The notes under the pieces were generated by a model. That model searched no databases. It was not told the origin of the DNA and saw only the letters and a list, made by a program, of their open reading frames with translations. Shown in pieces: positions 27,728 through 38,432 of a stretch of DNA of 64,000 nt. The stretch spans positions 74,065 to 138,064 of the forward strand of contig CAWGFO010000010.1 of assembly GCA_963821925.1 (NCBI GenBank), read 5' to 3'. A program made the translations under genes and the position numbers. How positions within the stretch are numbered: position 1 is the stretch's first letter; each line of letters begins with the position of its first letter. The stretch is from an uncultured Actinomycetes bacterium. GTDB taxonomy: Bacteria; Actinomycetota; UBA4738; HRBIN12.

Positions 27728-28822
27728 ATGGCATCCGATCTCGAGGCGAGGCTCGCGGAGGTCGAGGCGCGCTACGAGGCGGTCTCGGCCGAGATGGCCG
27801 CGCCCGAGACCAGCGCCGACCCCGAGAAGCTCCGGACGGTCGGCAAGGCCTTCTCCGATCTGGAGGAGATCGTGCGCCCGTACCGGGAGTTCCGCGAGGT
27901 CACGAAGGCCGCCGACGACGCGCGCGAACTCGCGAAGGCCGAGTCCGATCCAGAGATGGAGGCCTTCTTCCGCGAGGAGGCCGAGCGCGCGGAAGCCCGT
28001 GCCGACGAGCTCAGGGCGCAGCTCGAGCTGCTCCTCGTCCCGAAGGACCCGAACGACGGGAAGGATCTGGTCGTCGAGATCCGCGGTGGCGCCGGCGGCC
28101 AGGAGGCCGCCCTCTGGGCGGGCGAGCTCTATGAGATGTACGCGAGGTTCGGCGAGCGCCATCGCTGGAAGATCGAGGTCCTGTCCTCGTCCCCGAGCGA
28201 CCTCGGCGGCTTCAAGGACGTCGTGCTCGAGGTCCGCGGCAAGGACGCGTACTCGAAGCTGAAGCACGAGTCCGGCGTCCATCGCGTGCAGCGGGTGCCC
28301 GTCACCGAGTCCCAGGGCCGGATCCACACGTCGACCGCCACCGTGGCCGTGCTCGTGGCGGCCGAGGAGGTCGAGGTCGAGATCCGTTCCGAGGACCTCG
28401 AGATCGACGTCTACCGCTCGAGCGGACCGGGCGGCCAGTCCGTGAACACCACCGACTCGGCCGTGCGGATCGTGCACCGACCGACCGGCATCAAGGTCGA
28501 ATGTCAGGAGGAGCGCTCCCAGCTCCAGAACCGCGAGAAGGCGATGCGCTACCTGCGGGCGCGCCTGCTGCAGAAGGCGATCGACGAGGCGCAGGCGAAG
28601 GAGGCCGCGGCGCGGCGCTCGCAGCTGGGGACCGGCGACCGCTCGGAGAAGATCCGCACGTACAACTTCCCGGACGGCCGGGTCACCGACCACCGGATCA
28701 AGTACACGTCGCACCAGCTCCAGGACGTGCTGGCGGGCGGTCCGGAGCTCGACGGCTTCGTCGACCGGCTGAACCAGGCGGAGCGCGCCGCCCAGCTCTC
28801 CGAGGGCGACGCGGAAGATTGA
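27728..28822 (+). CDS. prfA: Peptide chain release factor 1
   Basis: RF1 PVT tripeptide (RVPVTES) and GGQ motif (SSGPGGQSVNTTDSA). Confidence 0.95.
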   Translation: MASDLEARLAEVEARYEAVSAEMAAPETSADPEKLRTVGKAFSDLEEIVRPYREFREVTKAADDARELAKAESDPEMEAFFREEAERAEARADELRAQLELLLVPKDPNDGKDLVVEIRGGAGGQEAALWAGELYEMYARFGERHRWKIEVLSSSPSDLGGFKDVVLEVRGKDAYSKLKHESGVHRVQRVPVTESQGRIHTSTATVAVLVAAEEVEVEIRSEDLEIDVYRSSGPGGQSVNTTDSAVRIVHRPTGIKVECQEERSQLQNREKAMRYLRARLLQKAIDEAQAKEAAARRSQLGTGDRSEKIRTYNFPDGRVTDHRIKYTSHQLQDVLAGGPELDGFVDRLNQAERAAQLSEGDAED

Positions 28823-29655
28823 TGCGTCCCGCCGAGGTCGTCCGTCGCGGCGCCGGGTACCTGGAACGCCACGAGGTCGACCAGCCGCTCGCCACCGCCG
28901 AGGTCCTGCTCGCCTCGATCCTCGGCACGGACCGCACCGGTCTCTACCTCCGCGAGGAAGGGCTCTCGACCGCCGAGGCGAAGCGGTTCGGGCGCGCGCT
29001 GTGCCGCCGGTGCACGGGGACCCCGGTCCAGCACCTCACGGGGGAGCAGGGGTTCCGGGGGCTCGTGCTGACGGTGCGCCCGGGGGTGTTCATCCCTCGG
29101 CCCGAAACCGAGGTCGTGGTGGACGCGGCCCTGGTGGCGGTCGCGGCCCTCGAGGCGCCGCTCGTGGTCGACGTCGGCACCGGGACCGGCGCGATCGCGC
29201 TCTCGATCGCGCTGGAACACCCCGGCGCGCGGGTGGTCGCGACCGACGCTTCGCCCGAGGCCGTGGCCCTGGCGCGCGAGCACGCCGGGCGGTTCGGCCT
29301 CGCGGTCGACGTGCGCGAGGGCGACCTGCTGGGGCCGGTCGCGGTCGAGCTCGCGGGCGAGGTCGACCTGGTCGTCAGCAACCCGCCGTACGTGGAGCCT
29401 TCCGCGCTCGAGGGGCTGCCGCCCGACGTGCGGGCCGATCCGGCGACGGCCCTCGTCGGCGGCATCGAGGTGTTCGAGCGGCTGTTCGCGCAGGCCGCCG
29501 CGTGCCTGCGTCCCGGCGGCATGGTCGTGGTCGAGATCGGTGACGCGCAGGGCGAGGCGGTGGCCGGGGCGATGCGGGCCGCGGGGTTCGCCGGCGTGCG
29601 CGTCGGGCCGGACCTCACCGGGCGCGACCGGTTCGTCGAGGGCCGACGGACGTGA
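28822..29655 (+). CDS. prmC: Release-factor glutamine N5-methyltransferase
   Basis: VDVGTGTGAI SAM motif and the NPPY catalytic motif. Its ATG overlaps the prfA stop (ATGA). Confidence 0.9.
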   Translation: MRPAEVVRRGAGYLERHEVDQPLATAEVLLASILGTDRTGLYLREEGLSTAEAKRFGRALCRRCTGTPVQHLTGEQGFRGLVLTVRPGVFIPRPETEVVVDAALVAVAALEAPLVVDVGTGTGAIALSIALEHPGARVVATDASPEAVALAREHAGRFGLAVDVREGDLLGPVAVELAGEVDLVVSNPPYVEPSALEGLPPDVRADPATALVGGIEVFERLFAQAAACLRPGGMVVVEIGDAQGEAVAGAMRAAGFAGVRVGPDLTGRDRFVEGRRT

Positions 29656-30290
29656 CCCGCCGCCGGGACCCCGTCGCCGAGGCCGCCGACGCGGCGCGCG
29701 CCGGCCGATTGATCGTGCTCCCCACCGACACCGTCTACGGCCTCGGGACACGGCCCGACGATCCGGTGGCCACCGCGCGGCTCTTCGAGGCGAAGGCCCG
29801 GCCGCACGGTCTCGAACTGCCGATCCTCGCGGCGACCGCCGCCGAGGCGCGGACCCTGGCGCGGTTCGACGCCCGCGCCGACCGGCTCGCGGGCGCGTGC
29901 TGGCCGGGCGCCCTGACCGTCGTGCTCCCACGGACCGAGGCCTCGGGGGGCTGGGAGCTCGGGGGCGACCCCGCGACCGTGGGCGTCCGCGTGCCGCACC
30001 ATCCGCTCGCCCTGGCGGTGCTCGCGGCGACCGGGCCGCTGGCCGTGACGAGCGCGAACCGCTCGGGCGCGCCGCCGGCTCGCACCTGTGACGAGCTGCA
30101 GGCGGCCTTCGGCGATGCGGTCGAGGTCTACCTGTGCCAGGACGAGCCGCTGGAGGGCCTGGCCTCCTCGGTGGTCGACCTCGCGCACGGTCCCGCGCGG
30201 CTCCTCCGCGCCGGATCGGTGGCGTCCGAGGTGATCGAGCGATTTCTGCCCGGCGAGGGGCCGCTGTTAGACTCGCGGCCCTCTCCATGA
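29652..30290 (+). CDS. tsaC: L-threonylcarbamoyladenylate synthase (YrdC/Sua5 family)
   Basis: PTDTVYGLG, LPILAA and SANRSG motifs. Confidence 0.85.
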   Translation: MTRRRDPVAEAADAARAGRLIVLPTDTVYGLGTRPDDPVATARLFEAKARPHGLELPILAATAAEARTLARFDARADRLAGACWPGALTVVLPRTEASGGWELGGDPATVGVRVPHHPLALAVLAATGPLAVTSANRSGAPPARTCDELQAAFGDAVEVYLCQDEPLEGLASSVVDLAHGPARLLRAGSVASEVIERFLPGEGPLLDSRPSP

Positions 30291-30889
30291 CCTCGATCCT
30301 CGTCGTCTGCACGGGCAACATCTGCCGCTCCCCGATGGCCGAGGGCTTCCTCCGTGACGCCCTGATCCGCCGTTTCGGCGACCGGGCTCCCGGCGTGTCG
30401 TCGGCGGGCACGATCGGGTGGACCGGATCGCCCGCGAGCCCTGAGTCGGTCATCGCCGCCGGGGAGCGGGGGAGCGACATCGAGTCCCACCAGGCCCGCG
30501 AGCTCCGGCCGCCGATGATCGAGGGAGCCGACCTGATCCTGTGCATGGCCGGCGAGCACCGCGACGCGGTGGTGGCGGACGTGCCGGAGGCGGCGGCCCG
30601 GACGTTCACGCTGAAGGCCCTCGTGCGGTTGCTCGAGGCGCTGCCGCCGGCCACGCCCGTGGACGATCCCGACGCGTTCGTCGACCGGGTCGCCGCCGCG
30701 CACGAACTGCGGCTCGAGGGCGAGGCGCGCAACCCGCACGACGAGGACATCTCCGATCCGCTCGGCCTCCCGCTCGACACCTACCGGGCGATCGCGTGGG
30801 AGCTCGACGGGTGGAACGCGCGACTGATCGACGGGCTCTTCGGGGCGGAGCCGGGGGCGACGGCGGGGTCCGTCGAGGAGGCGGGATGA
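30287..30889 (+). CDS. Low-molecular-weight protein-tyrosine phosphatase / ArsC-like
   Basis: P-loop VVCTGNICRSPMAEG (CX5R) and a DP catalytic Asp (DISDPLG). Confidence 0.85.
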   Translation: MTSILVVCTGNICRSPMAEGFLRDALIRRFGDRAPGVSSAGTIGWTGSPASPESVIAAGERGSDIESHQARELRPPMIEGADLILCMAGEHRDAVVADVPEAAARTFTLKALVRLLEALPPATPVDDPDAFVDRVAAAHELRLEGEARNPHDEDISDPLGLPLDTYRAIAWELDGWNARLIDGLFGAEPGATAGSVEEAG

Positions 30890-31332
30890 GGATCGCGATC
30901 GCCTGCGACCACGCCGGCTTCCCCTTGAAGGAGGACCTGAAGGTCTTCCTCGAGCACGAGGGGCACGAGGTGACGGACCACGGCACGCATTCACCCGAGC
31001 CCGTCGACTATCCGGCGTTCTGTGCGGCGGCGGCGCGCGCCGTCTCGGCCGGCGAGGCCGACCGCGCGATCCTGACGGGAGGCTCGGGCCAGGGCGAGCA
31101 GATCGTCGCGAACAAGGTCCACGGGATCCGGGCCGCGCTCTGCCACGACCTGTACCTCGCGCGGCTCTCGCGCGCGCATAACGACGCGAACGTGCTGAGC
31201 ATGGGGGCGCGTGTGATCGCGCCCGCCTACGCTCGAGAGATCGTCCGAGTATGGCTGGCCACCCCGTTCGAGGGGGGCCGGCACCAGCCGAGGTTGGATC
31301 AGATCGCGAGTATCGAACGGGGGGAGTCATGA
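30886..31332 (+). CDS. rpiB: Ribose-5-phosphate isomerase B
   Basis: [12 protein letters not shown]...[15 protein letters not shown]. Confidence 0.9.
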   Translation: MRIAIACDHAGFPLKEDLKVFLEHEGHEVTDHGTHSPEPVDYPAFCAAAARAVSAGEADRAILTGGSGQGEQIVANKVHGIRAALCHDLYLARLSRAHNDANVLSMGARVIAPAYAREIVRVWLATPFEGGRHQPRLDQIASIERGES

Positions 31333-32594
31333 GGGAGTACGCAGCGGACTGGGAGGCCCTGAAGGCCACCGACCCGGAGGTCGCCGACGCGATCGCCGGC
31401 GAACTGAACCGTGAGCGCACGAACCTGCGCCTGATCGCGTCCGAGAACTTCGCGAGCCCTGCCGTCCTCGCGGCGGTCGGCTCGACGATGACCAACAAGT
31501 ACGCCGAGGGCTACCCGGGCCGGCGATACTACGGCGGGTGCGAGTTCGTCGACGTCACCGAGCGGCTCGCGATCGACCGGGCGAAGCAGCTCTTCGGAGC
31601 CGACCACGCGAACGTGCAGTCGCACGCCGGTGCCCAGGCCAACATGGCGGTCTTCGGGGCGTTCCTCACCCCCGGCGATGCCAGCGAGAAGGTGCTCGGC
31701 ATGGTGCTCGCACACGGCGGCCACCTCACCCACGGATCGCCGGTCAACGTGAGCGGCATGTGGTTCAACTTCGTCGGCTACGAGGTGGACCGCGAGACCG
31801 AGCAGCTCGACATGGACCGGGTGCGCGACCTCGCCAAGGCCGAGAGGCCGAAGATCATCCTGGCCGGCTACACCGCGTACCCGCGTGAGATCGACTTCGC
31901 CGCGTTCCGCTCGATCGCCGACGAGGTCGGCGCGATCCTGTGGGTCGACGCGAGCCACTTCATCGGGCTGGTTGCGGGAGGGGCGTACCCGAGCCCCGTG
32001 CCGCACGCCGACGTCGTGACGTTCACGACGCACAAGGCGCTCCGTGGCCCGCGCGGCGCGATGATCCTGTGCCGTGAGGAACACGCGAAGGCGATCGACA
32101 AGGCCGTCTTCCCGATGATGCAGGGCGGCCCGCTCGAGCACGCGATCGCGGGCAAGGCCGTGGCGCTGAAGGAGGCGATGTCGGACGACTTCAAGGCGTA
32201 CGCCGAGCGCACGGTCCGCGACGCGCGCGCCCTGGCCGCCGGGCTCGCCGAGGAAGGACTGCGCATCGTCTCCGGCGGTACCGACTCGCACCTGATCCTC
32301 GCCGACGTGCGCCCGCTCGGGGTCGACGGCAAGGAGGCGGAGCGCGTGGCCGACGAGGTGGCGATCGCCCTGAACAAGAACCAGATCCCCTACGACCCGA
32401 ACCCGCCGTCGTCGCCCTCGGGCATCCGCGTGGGCACGCCGGGCGTCTCCACCCAGGGGATGGATGAGCCGGAGATGCGCGAGATCGCGAGCATCCTCGG
32501 CGACGCGCTCCGCGCCCCCGACGACGCGGGCGTCAAGGAGAAGGCCCGTGCCCGGGTCCTCGACCTGATGCAACGCTTCCCGGTCTACCCGTAG
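31329..32594 (+). CDS. glyA: Serine hydroxymethyltransferase
   Basis: LIASENF...[17 protein letters not shown]-lysine block. Confidence 0.95.
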   Translation: MREYAADWEALKATDPEVADAIAGELNRERTNLRLIASENFASPAVLAAVGSTMTNKYAEGYPGRRYYGGCEFVDVTERLAIDRAKQLFGADHANVQSHAGAQANMAVFGAFLTPGDASEKVLGMVLAHGGHLTHGSPVNVSGMWFNFVGYEVDRETEQLDMDRVRDLAKAERPKIILAGYTAYPREIDFAAFRSIADEVGAILWVDASHFIGLVAGGAYPSPVPHADVVTFTTHKALRGPRGAMILCREEHAKAIDKAVFPMMQGGPLEHAIAGKAVALKEAMSDDFKAYAERTVRDARALAAGLAEEGLRIVSGGTDSHLILADVRPLGVDGKEAERVADEVAIALNKNQIPYDPNPPSSPSGIRVGTPGVSTQGMDEPEMREIASILGDALRAPDDAGVKEKARARVLDLMQRFPVYP

Positions 32595-32621
32595 CGCGAT
32601 GCCCGGTGCTGCCGGGCCCGG

Positions 32622-33857
32622 TTGCCGACGGAGCGGCCGGGCCCGCAGACTGGTCCCACCGTGGTCGCCTACCTGATCGTCTTCGTGGCCTGCGCGGCCA
32701 CCACGTTCGTCGCGACCCCAGCGGTGCGCCGCATCGTCGTGCGGTACGGCGCGATCGACCAGCCGAACGACCGGAAGGTCCACCCCGTCGCGACCCCGAC
32801 GATGGGCGGGCTCGCGATGTACGTCGGGGTCGTCGTCGGGCTGGCGGTCTCCTACTTCCTGCCGTTCTTCTCGGATGTGCACGCCGCGAGCCCCGAACCG
32901 GTCGCGACCTTCGTGACCTGCACCTTGATCGTGGCCCTCGGCGCGATCGACGACCTCCGCGGGATCATGGCCCTCACGAAGTTCACCGGCCAGGTGTTCG
33001 TTGCGGGGATCCTGATCCTGATGGGCATGGAGCTCAGCTACTTCTGGTTCCCGGGCCTCGGCATCTTCGTCCTGCTGGGCTCGGATATGAGCGTGCTGAT
33101 CACGATCCTGTGGGTCGTGGCGTTCGTGAACGCCGTGAACCTCGTGGACGGCCTCGACGGCCTGGCGGCCGGGATGGTCGCGATCGCGGCCGGGGCGTTC
33201 TTCCTGTACATGACGCGCTCACCGAGCCCCTTCGGCGACGCCTCGGAGGCCGCGCTGATCTCCGCGGTGACCGCCGGGGTGTGCGTGGGCTTCCTGCCGT
33301 GGAACTTCAACCCCGCGAAGATCTTCATGGGCGACTCCGGGTCGATGCTGCTCGGGCTGCTGCTCGCGATCTCGACGATCTCGGGCGTGGGCCGCAACCC
33401 GTACTCGCCGAGCACGGGCGACTTCGCCGCGATCGCGATCCCGCTCCTCGTGCCGCTCCTCGTCCTGTTCATCCCGTTCCTCGACGTGCTGCTCGCGATC
33501 GTGCGCCGGGTCTGGCGGCACCAGGGGATCGGGGTGGCCGACAAGGAGCACATCCACCACCGGTTGCTCGACATCGGGCACAGTCACAAGCAGGCGGTCC
33601 TGCTGATGTACCTGTGGAGCGCGCTGATCTCCGGGAGCGCCCTCGCGATCGGCCTGATCGACGGGCGGTTCGCGGCGGGACTCGTGCTGGCGGGCGCGGT
33701 GGTGTTGTTCCTGATCACCGCGCTCCCGCGGCTCACGGAGCGCCGCCGCAACGGCGACGAGCCTCCCCACGGCGAGCACACCGGCGAGGAACCCCCGCCG
33801 GACGACGACGGCAGAGCGGCCGCGTCGGCGGGCCCGGTCTCCGACACCCCGGGATGA
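32622..33857 (+). CDS. wecA: UDP-GlcNAc:undecaprenyl-phosphate GlcNAc-1-phosphate transferase (WecA/Rfe, MraY-family)
   Basis: Ten or more TM helices, DDLRG, NAVNLVDGLDGLA and FMGDSGS motifs. The true start may be the GTG near 32665. Confidence 0.85.
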   Translation: MPTERPGPQTGPTVVAYLIVFVACAATTFVATPAVRRIVVRYGAIDQPNDRKVHPVATPTMGGLAMYVGVVVGLAVSYFLPFFSDVHAASPEPVATFVTCTLIVALGAIDDLRGIMALTKFTGQVFVAGILILMGMELSYFWFPGLGIFVLLGSDMSVLITILWVVAFVNAVNLVDGLDGLAAGMVAIAAGAFFLYMTRSPSPFGDASEAALISAVTAGVCVGFLPWNFNPAKIFMGDSGSMLLGLLLAISTISGVGRNPYSPSTGDFAAIAIPLLVPLLVLFIPFLDVLLAIVRRVWRHQGIGVADKEHIHHRLLDIGHSHKQAVLLMYLWSALISGSALAIGLIDGRFAAGLVLAGAVVLFLITALPRLTERRRNGDEPPHGEHTGEEPPPDDDGRAAASAGPVSDTPG

Positions 33858-34007
33858 CATGCTGCAGTCCTCGCCCTTGTCCGTTCCGTACAAGTGGGTG
33901 AGGATGGCTGTCCGAACCCGAGGGTCCGTGACTAGGAAGAACGGGTGATAATCGCCGCCGCCCTGTGGCATCATGCGCGGGCGTTGATGGGGTTCTAGGA
34001 GTAGGGG

Positions 34008-35141
34008 GTGGCCGTGCCGGAGATCGACGTACGCCTCGAACGGGTCTCCAAGATGTTCGGGGACGTGGCAGCGGTGGACGACCTGTCCCTCGACATCGAA
34101 GAGGGCGAGTTCTTCAGCTTGCTGGGCCCGTCGGGCTGTGGGAAGACGACGACGCTCCGCATGATCGGCGGGTTCGAGGATCCGACGTACGGCACCGTCT
34201 ACCTGGGCGGACGCGACGTCACCGACCTGCCTCCGTACAAGCGCGACGTCAACACGGTCTTCCAGTCGTACGCGCTGTTCCCGCACCTCGACGTGAAGGA
34301 GAACGTGGCGTTCGGGCTGCGGCGCAAGAAGGTCGACAAGGCCGAGATCGAGACGAGGGTCAAGGACGCCATGACGCTCGTCGACCTGATCGGGTTCGAG
34401 ACCCGGAAGCCGCCGCAGATGTCGGGTGGACAGCAGCAGCGCGTCGCGCTCGCACGGGCGCTCGTGAACCACCCCAAGGTGCTCCTGCTCGACGAGCCGC
34501 TCGGCGCCCTCGACCTGAAGCTCCGCAAGCAGATGCAGCTCGAGCTCAAGCGGATCCAGCAGGAGGTCGGCATCACGTTCATCTACGTGACGCACGACCA
34601 GGAAGAGGCCATGACGATGTCGAACCGCTTCGCCGTCATGCGCCTCGGCAAGATCGAGCAGCTCGGGGATCCCGAGATGGTCTATGAGAACCCCGCCACG
34701 GAGTTCGTCGCCGGGTTCCTGGGCGCCTCGAACATGCTCGAGGGCGACCTCGAGGCAGGGTCGAACGGCGTCGCCACCGTGTCGCTGCGCGGCGGCGGTG
34801 TGGTGCGGCTCCCCACGAGCCGCGTGCCTTCCGACGCGCACGGCACCGTGAAGGTCGGCGTGCGCCCGGAGAAGCTCACGATCACGAGAGGGGAGGACGC
34901 CACCGTCCCCGAGGGGGTCAACCACGTATCCGGCCGCGTCACGATGACCACCTACATCGGCGTGAGCCACCAGTACAAGGTCGAGGCGGTGGGCGGCACG
35001 ATCATGACCGCCTACGTGCAGAACCTGGGCCACGAGGACGCTCCCCGACAGGGCGAGGCCGTCACGGTCTCCTGGAGGCCCGAGCACACGTTCGCGGTCG
35101 TCCCCCAGGAGGGCTTGATCATGGAGGAGGACGAAGCATGA
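34008..35141 (+). CDS. potA: Spermidine/putrescine-type ABC transporter ATPase (PotA-like)
   Basis: Walker-A GPSGCGKTT, signature LSGGQQQRVALARAL, Walker-B LLLDEPLGALD, and a C-terminal TOBE domain. Confidence 0.85.
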   Translation: MAVPEIDVRLERVSKMFGDVAAVDDLSLDIEEGEFFSLLGPSGCGKTTTLRMIGGFEDPTYGTVYLGGRDVTDLPPYKRDVNTVFQSYALFPHLDVKENVAFGLRRKKVDKAEIETRVKDAMTLVDLIGFETRKPPQMSGGQQQRVALARALVNHPKVLLLDEPLGALDLKLRKQMQLELKRIQQEVGITFIYVTHDQEEAMTMSNRFAVMRLGKIEQLGDPEMVYENPATEFVAGFLGASNMLEGDLEAGSNGVATVSLRGGGVVRLPTSRVPSDAHGTVKVGVRPEKLTITRGEDATVPEGVNHVSGRVTMTTYIGVSHQYKVEAVGGTIMTAYVQNLGHEDAPRQGEAVTVSWRPEHTFAVVPQEGLIMEEDEA

Positions 35142-36430
35142 CGGAGGACCGCAGGACGCCCGACCCGGCGTTCGCCGCGTCACTGATGCGCGGCATGACC
35201 CAGCGCCGGATCTCCCGTCGCGATCTGATCAAGTACGGCGGGGCCACGGTCGGCACCCTGAGCCTCGCCTCGATCCTCGCGGCATGCGGTGGCGACACGG
35301 CTCCCGGGAGCGGCGGCCAGCCGAGCGGTGCGACGGTCGACTTCGGCGCCCAGGCCGGCGACACCGTCAACTTCGCCAACTGGCCGCTCTACATCGACAA
35401 GGGGAAGCTGCCCGACGGCAGCAAGGGGTACCCGTCGTTGTACAAGTTCCAGCAGGAGACCGGTATCACGGTCAACTACAACGACGAGATCCAGGGCAAC
35501 GCCGACTTCTTCGGCGAGATCCTGCCGCAGCTCCAGGCCGGGCAGGACACCGGGCGCGACATCATCGTGATCACGAACGGCCGGGAGCTCAACGCCTTGA
35601 TCGTCAACGGATGGCTCACGGAGCTGGACGCCTCGATGCGGCCGAACTTCGACGCGAACGCGGCCACGTGGGCGAAGGACCCCGACTTCGATCCCGGGAA
35701 CAAGTTCTCGATGGCCTGGCAGTCCGGGCTCACCGGGCTGGGCTGGAACAACGACAAGGTGAGTCGGCCGCTCACCAAGATGGACGACCTGATGAACCCC
35801 GATATCGTCGGGACGAATTCGGTCGGCATGCTGAAGGCCGACATGCCCGACCTCGTGATGATCAACCTCGGCATCGTCCCGGCCGAGTCCACGCCGGAGG
35901 ACTGGAAGGCCGCGGCGGAGTGGATCCAGAAGCTCAAGGATTCCGGCACGGTGCGGACGTTCTACGACCAGGGCTACATCGACGACTTCACGGCGGGAAA
36001 CCTCTCCGCGAGCATGGTCTGGTCCGGCGACGTCCTCTACTACAAGATCTGGGAGAACGCCCCCTATGATTTCGCCGTGCCCGAGGGCGGCGCCCTCCTG
36101 TGGATCGACAACATGCTGATCCCGGCCAACTCCGCCAATCCCCAGGGCGCCTACCAGCTGATGGACTTCGTCTACAAGCCCGAGATCGCCCAGCTGATCA
36201 CCGAGTGGGTGCTCTACATGTCGCCCGTGCCGGCGGTGCAGGACCTGATCGCCCAGCACGCCAGCGAGGAGACCGGCGCGTATGCCGCCGACCTCGAGGC
36301 CACGGCGACGAGCCCGTACCTGTGGCCCGATGAGGCGCTGCTCGCGCAGACGCCGTTCGGCCGCAACCTCACGACCGATGCCGAGCGCGAGGAGTGGGAC
36401 AGCATCTTCATCCCGCTGACGGAGTCGTAA
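35138..36430 (+). CDS. Polyamine-type ABC substrate-binding protein (PotD/PotF-like) with Tat/lipoprotein signal
   Basis: RRISRRDLIKYGGATVGTLSLASILAACGG signal, then a periplasmic-binding-protein fold. ATGA overlap with potA. Confidence 0.8.
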   Translation: MTEDRRTPDPAFAASLMRGMTQRRISRRDLIKYGGATVGTLSLASILAACGGDTAPGSGGQPSGATVDFGAQAGDTVNFANWPLYIDKGKLPDGSKGYPSLYKFQQETGITVNYNDEIQGNADFFGEILPQLQAGQDTGRDIIVITNGRELNALIVNGWLTELDASMRPNFDANAATWAKDPDFDPGNKFSMAWQSGLTGLGWNNDKVSRPLTKMDDLMNPDIVGTNSVGMLKADMPDLVMINLGIVPAESTPEDWKAAAEWIQKLKDSGTVRTFYDQGYIDDFTAGNLSASMVWSGDVLYYKIWENAPYDFAVPEGGALLWIDNMLIPANSANPQGAYQLMDFVYKPEIAQLITEWVLYMSPVPAVQDLIAQHASEETGAYAADLEATATSPYLWPDEALLAQTPFGRNLTTDAEREEWDSIFIPLTES

Positions 36431-36432
36431 GG

Positions 36433-37392
36433 GTGCCCCAAGATCAGGCCAAGGATCTTGCGCTCCTGACGGCCACCGTCGCCGGTCAGACCGGCGACGG
36501 GCCACCCGGGCGCGCGGACCAGTTCTTGGCCAAGCGCCGACAGCGGGTGGCCTACGGTTTGTTGGCGCCGGGGGCGGTCTACCTCATGTTCGCGTTCATC
36601 GTTCCGCTGACCCTGGTCGTGTACACCTCGCTCGAGAGCGGAGGCCTGCTGTCGGGTGGCTACTCGTTCTCCTGGGCGTTCGACAACTACGTCACGGCGT
36701 TGACCGACTTCAAGACCTTCTACGCGCGGTCGTTGGTCTACTCGGGCCTGGCGACGGTGTTCTGCATCCTGCTCGCGTACCCGATGGCGTACTGGATCGC
36801 GTTCTACGCCGGGAAGTGGAAGTCGACGTTGTTCTTCCTGATCCTGGTGCCGTTCTTCGTCTCGTTCGTGATCCGCACGGTGCAGTGGAAGTTCCTGCTC
36901 GCCGACGACGGGGTGATCTTCGGTCCCCTGAAGACGCTCGGTCTCCTGCCGGAGACGTTCCACGTGCTCGCCACGCCGGTCGCGGTCGTGGCCGGCATCA
37001 CGTACAACTTCCTACCGTTCACCGCGCTGCCCCTCTACGTCGCGCTGGATCGGATCGACAAGCGACTGGTCGAGGCGGCCAAGGACCTGTACGCGACGAA
37101 GTTCGAGGCGTTCCGCAAGGTCGTGCTGCCGTTGTCGTTCCCCGGGCTGTTCGCGGCCGTGATCCTCACCTTCGTGCCGGCCACCGGTGACTACGTGAAC
37201 TCCAGCGTGCTGGGGTCGAACAAGACCACGATGATCGGGCAGATCATCCAGTCGAAATTCCTCGTGGAGGCCGACTATCCGCAGGCCGCCGCGCTCTCCG
37301 TGATCCTGATGGTGGGCATGCTGGTGATCGCCCTGATCTACGCACGGGTGCTGGGCACCGAGGACGCGGCCTTGGCCGCGGCGGCGGCATGA
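36433..37392 (+). CDS. potB: ABC transporter permease (PotB-like)
   Basis: Six TM helices and an EAAKDLYAT EAA loop. Confidence 0.8.
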   Translation: MPQDQAKDLALLTATVAGQTGDGPPGRADQFLAKRRQRVAYGLLAPGAVYLMFAFIVPLTLVVYTSLESGGLLSGGYSFSWAFDNYVTALTDFKTFYARSLVYSGLATVFCILLAYPMAYWIAFYAGKWKSTLFFLILVPFFVSFVIRTVQWKFLLADDGVIFGPLKTLGLLPETFHVLATPVAVVAGITYNFLPFTALPLYVALDRIDKRLVEAAKDLYATKFEAFRKVVLPLSFPGLFAAVILTFVPATGDYVNSSVLGSNKTTMIGQIIQSKFLVEADYPQAAALSVILMVGMLVIALIYARVLGTEDAALAAAAA

Positions 37393-38282
37393 GCGCGGCC
37401 ACGATCGATCGATCGGGCGTCGACCGCGGTCCGCTCCGCAAGCAGCGCCGGCGATGGACGTTCTACATCCTGCCGGTGTTCACGATCGCGATGATCGTCT
37501 ACCTGGCGGCGCCGATCTTCATCATGATCCTCTTCTCGTTCAACAAGCTCGTAGGTGAACGGCAGGTCGCCACCTTCACGTGCTGCACGCTCGACTGGTG
37601 GCGTGAGATGTTCGGCGTCCAGGGGCTGAACAAGGCGATCGCGACCTCGATCAAGGTCGCGATCCCCGCGTCGATCATCGCGGCCGCGATCGGGGCCCTG
37701 ATCGGGCTGGTGCTGGGCCGCTACCGGTTCGGCGGCCGGGGTCTCACGAACTTCGTGATCTTCCTCGCGATCGCGATCCCCGAGATCGTGCTCGCGTCGG
37801 CGCTGCTCTCGATGTTCGTGCAGGCGACGACGCCGCTCGGATACGGCACGATCCTCTTCAGCCACATCGGGTTCTCGATCGCGTTCGTCGCCATCACGGT
37901 GCGCGCCCGCGTGCAGGGGCTCGACCGGTCGCTGGAGAACGCGGCGCAGGACCTGTTCGCGACGCCGTTCCAGGCGTTCGTGCGTGTCACGCTCCCGCTG
38001 ATCATGCCGGGCATCGTGGCAGGGTTCCTGCTTGCGTTCGTGCTCTCCCTCGACGACTTCGTGATCACGAACTTCGTGGGCGGCTCGGTGAACACGTTCC
38101 CGGTGTGGGTGTACGGCGCGTCGCGCATCGGGGTCCCACCGCAGGTGAACGTCTGGGGCACGATCCTGTTCCTGGCGGGCCTCCTGACGGCCGGGCTGAA
38201 CCTCGCCAGCAGCTTCCGCTCGAGCCGCAAGGCGTCGGTGGTCGTCTCGACCGCGCCGGTGGTCCAGGCGTCGAGCAAGTGA
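37389..38282 (+). CDS. potC: ABC transporter permease (PotC-like)
   Basis: Six TM helices and an ENAAQDLFAT EAA loop. ATGA overlap with potB. Confidence 0.8.
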   Translation: MSAATIDRSGVDRGPLRKQRRRWTFYILPVFTIAMIVYLAAPIFIMILFSFNKLVGERQVATFTCCTLDWWREMFGVQGLNKAIATSIKVAIPASIIAAAIGALIGLVLGRYRFGGRGLTNFVIFLAIAIPEIVLASALLSMFVQATTPLGYGTILFSHIGFSIAFVAITVRARVQGLDRSLENAAQDLFATPFQAFVRVTLPLIMPGIVAGFLLAFVLSLDDFVITNFVGGSVNTFPVWVYGASRIGVPPQVNVWGTILFLAGLLTAGLNLASSFRSSRKASVVVSTAPVVQASSK

Positions 38283-38393
38283 CGTCGTCGGGCCAGGCGT
38301 CCCGAGGGCGCCGGAAGCCCGCGACTTCGTGAATCTTTTCACAAGGTCACGAGAAAACACCCTCTGACCTGCGGAAACGCATGTTGCGATCCT

Positions 38394-38423
38394 TTGACGG
38401 GCCTCCGGCCTCCTGCCTATACT
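38394..38423 (+). promoter_or_regulatory. Candidate sigma-A-type promoter of the atp operon (TTGACG, 18-nt spacer, TATACT)
   Basis: TTGACG at 38394-38399 and TATACT at 38418-38423, in an unusually AT-richer stretch. The ATG at 38433 lies about 10 nt downstream, which suggests a leaderless or very short-leader transcript. Confidence 0.35.
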
Positions 38424-38432
38424 GAACCGCTC

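Noticed and set aside
19834-30780. Series of 700-aa-plus ORFs on the opposite strand of the cDPG cassette, rho, DivIVA/prfA and prmC/tsaC (19834-22029, 23609-25774, 26561-28714, 28549-30780)
   Set aside because: All overlap strongly supported genes on the other strand and have no detectable domain signatures. They are high-GC open-frame artefacts.
32595-32640. GCCCGG-TGCTG-CCGGGC hairpin after glyA considered as a terminator
   Set aside because: Short 6-bp stem, no U-tract, and it overlaps the likely wecA start region. Random GC palindromes of this size are frequent at this GC content.
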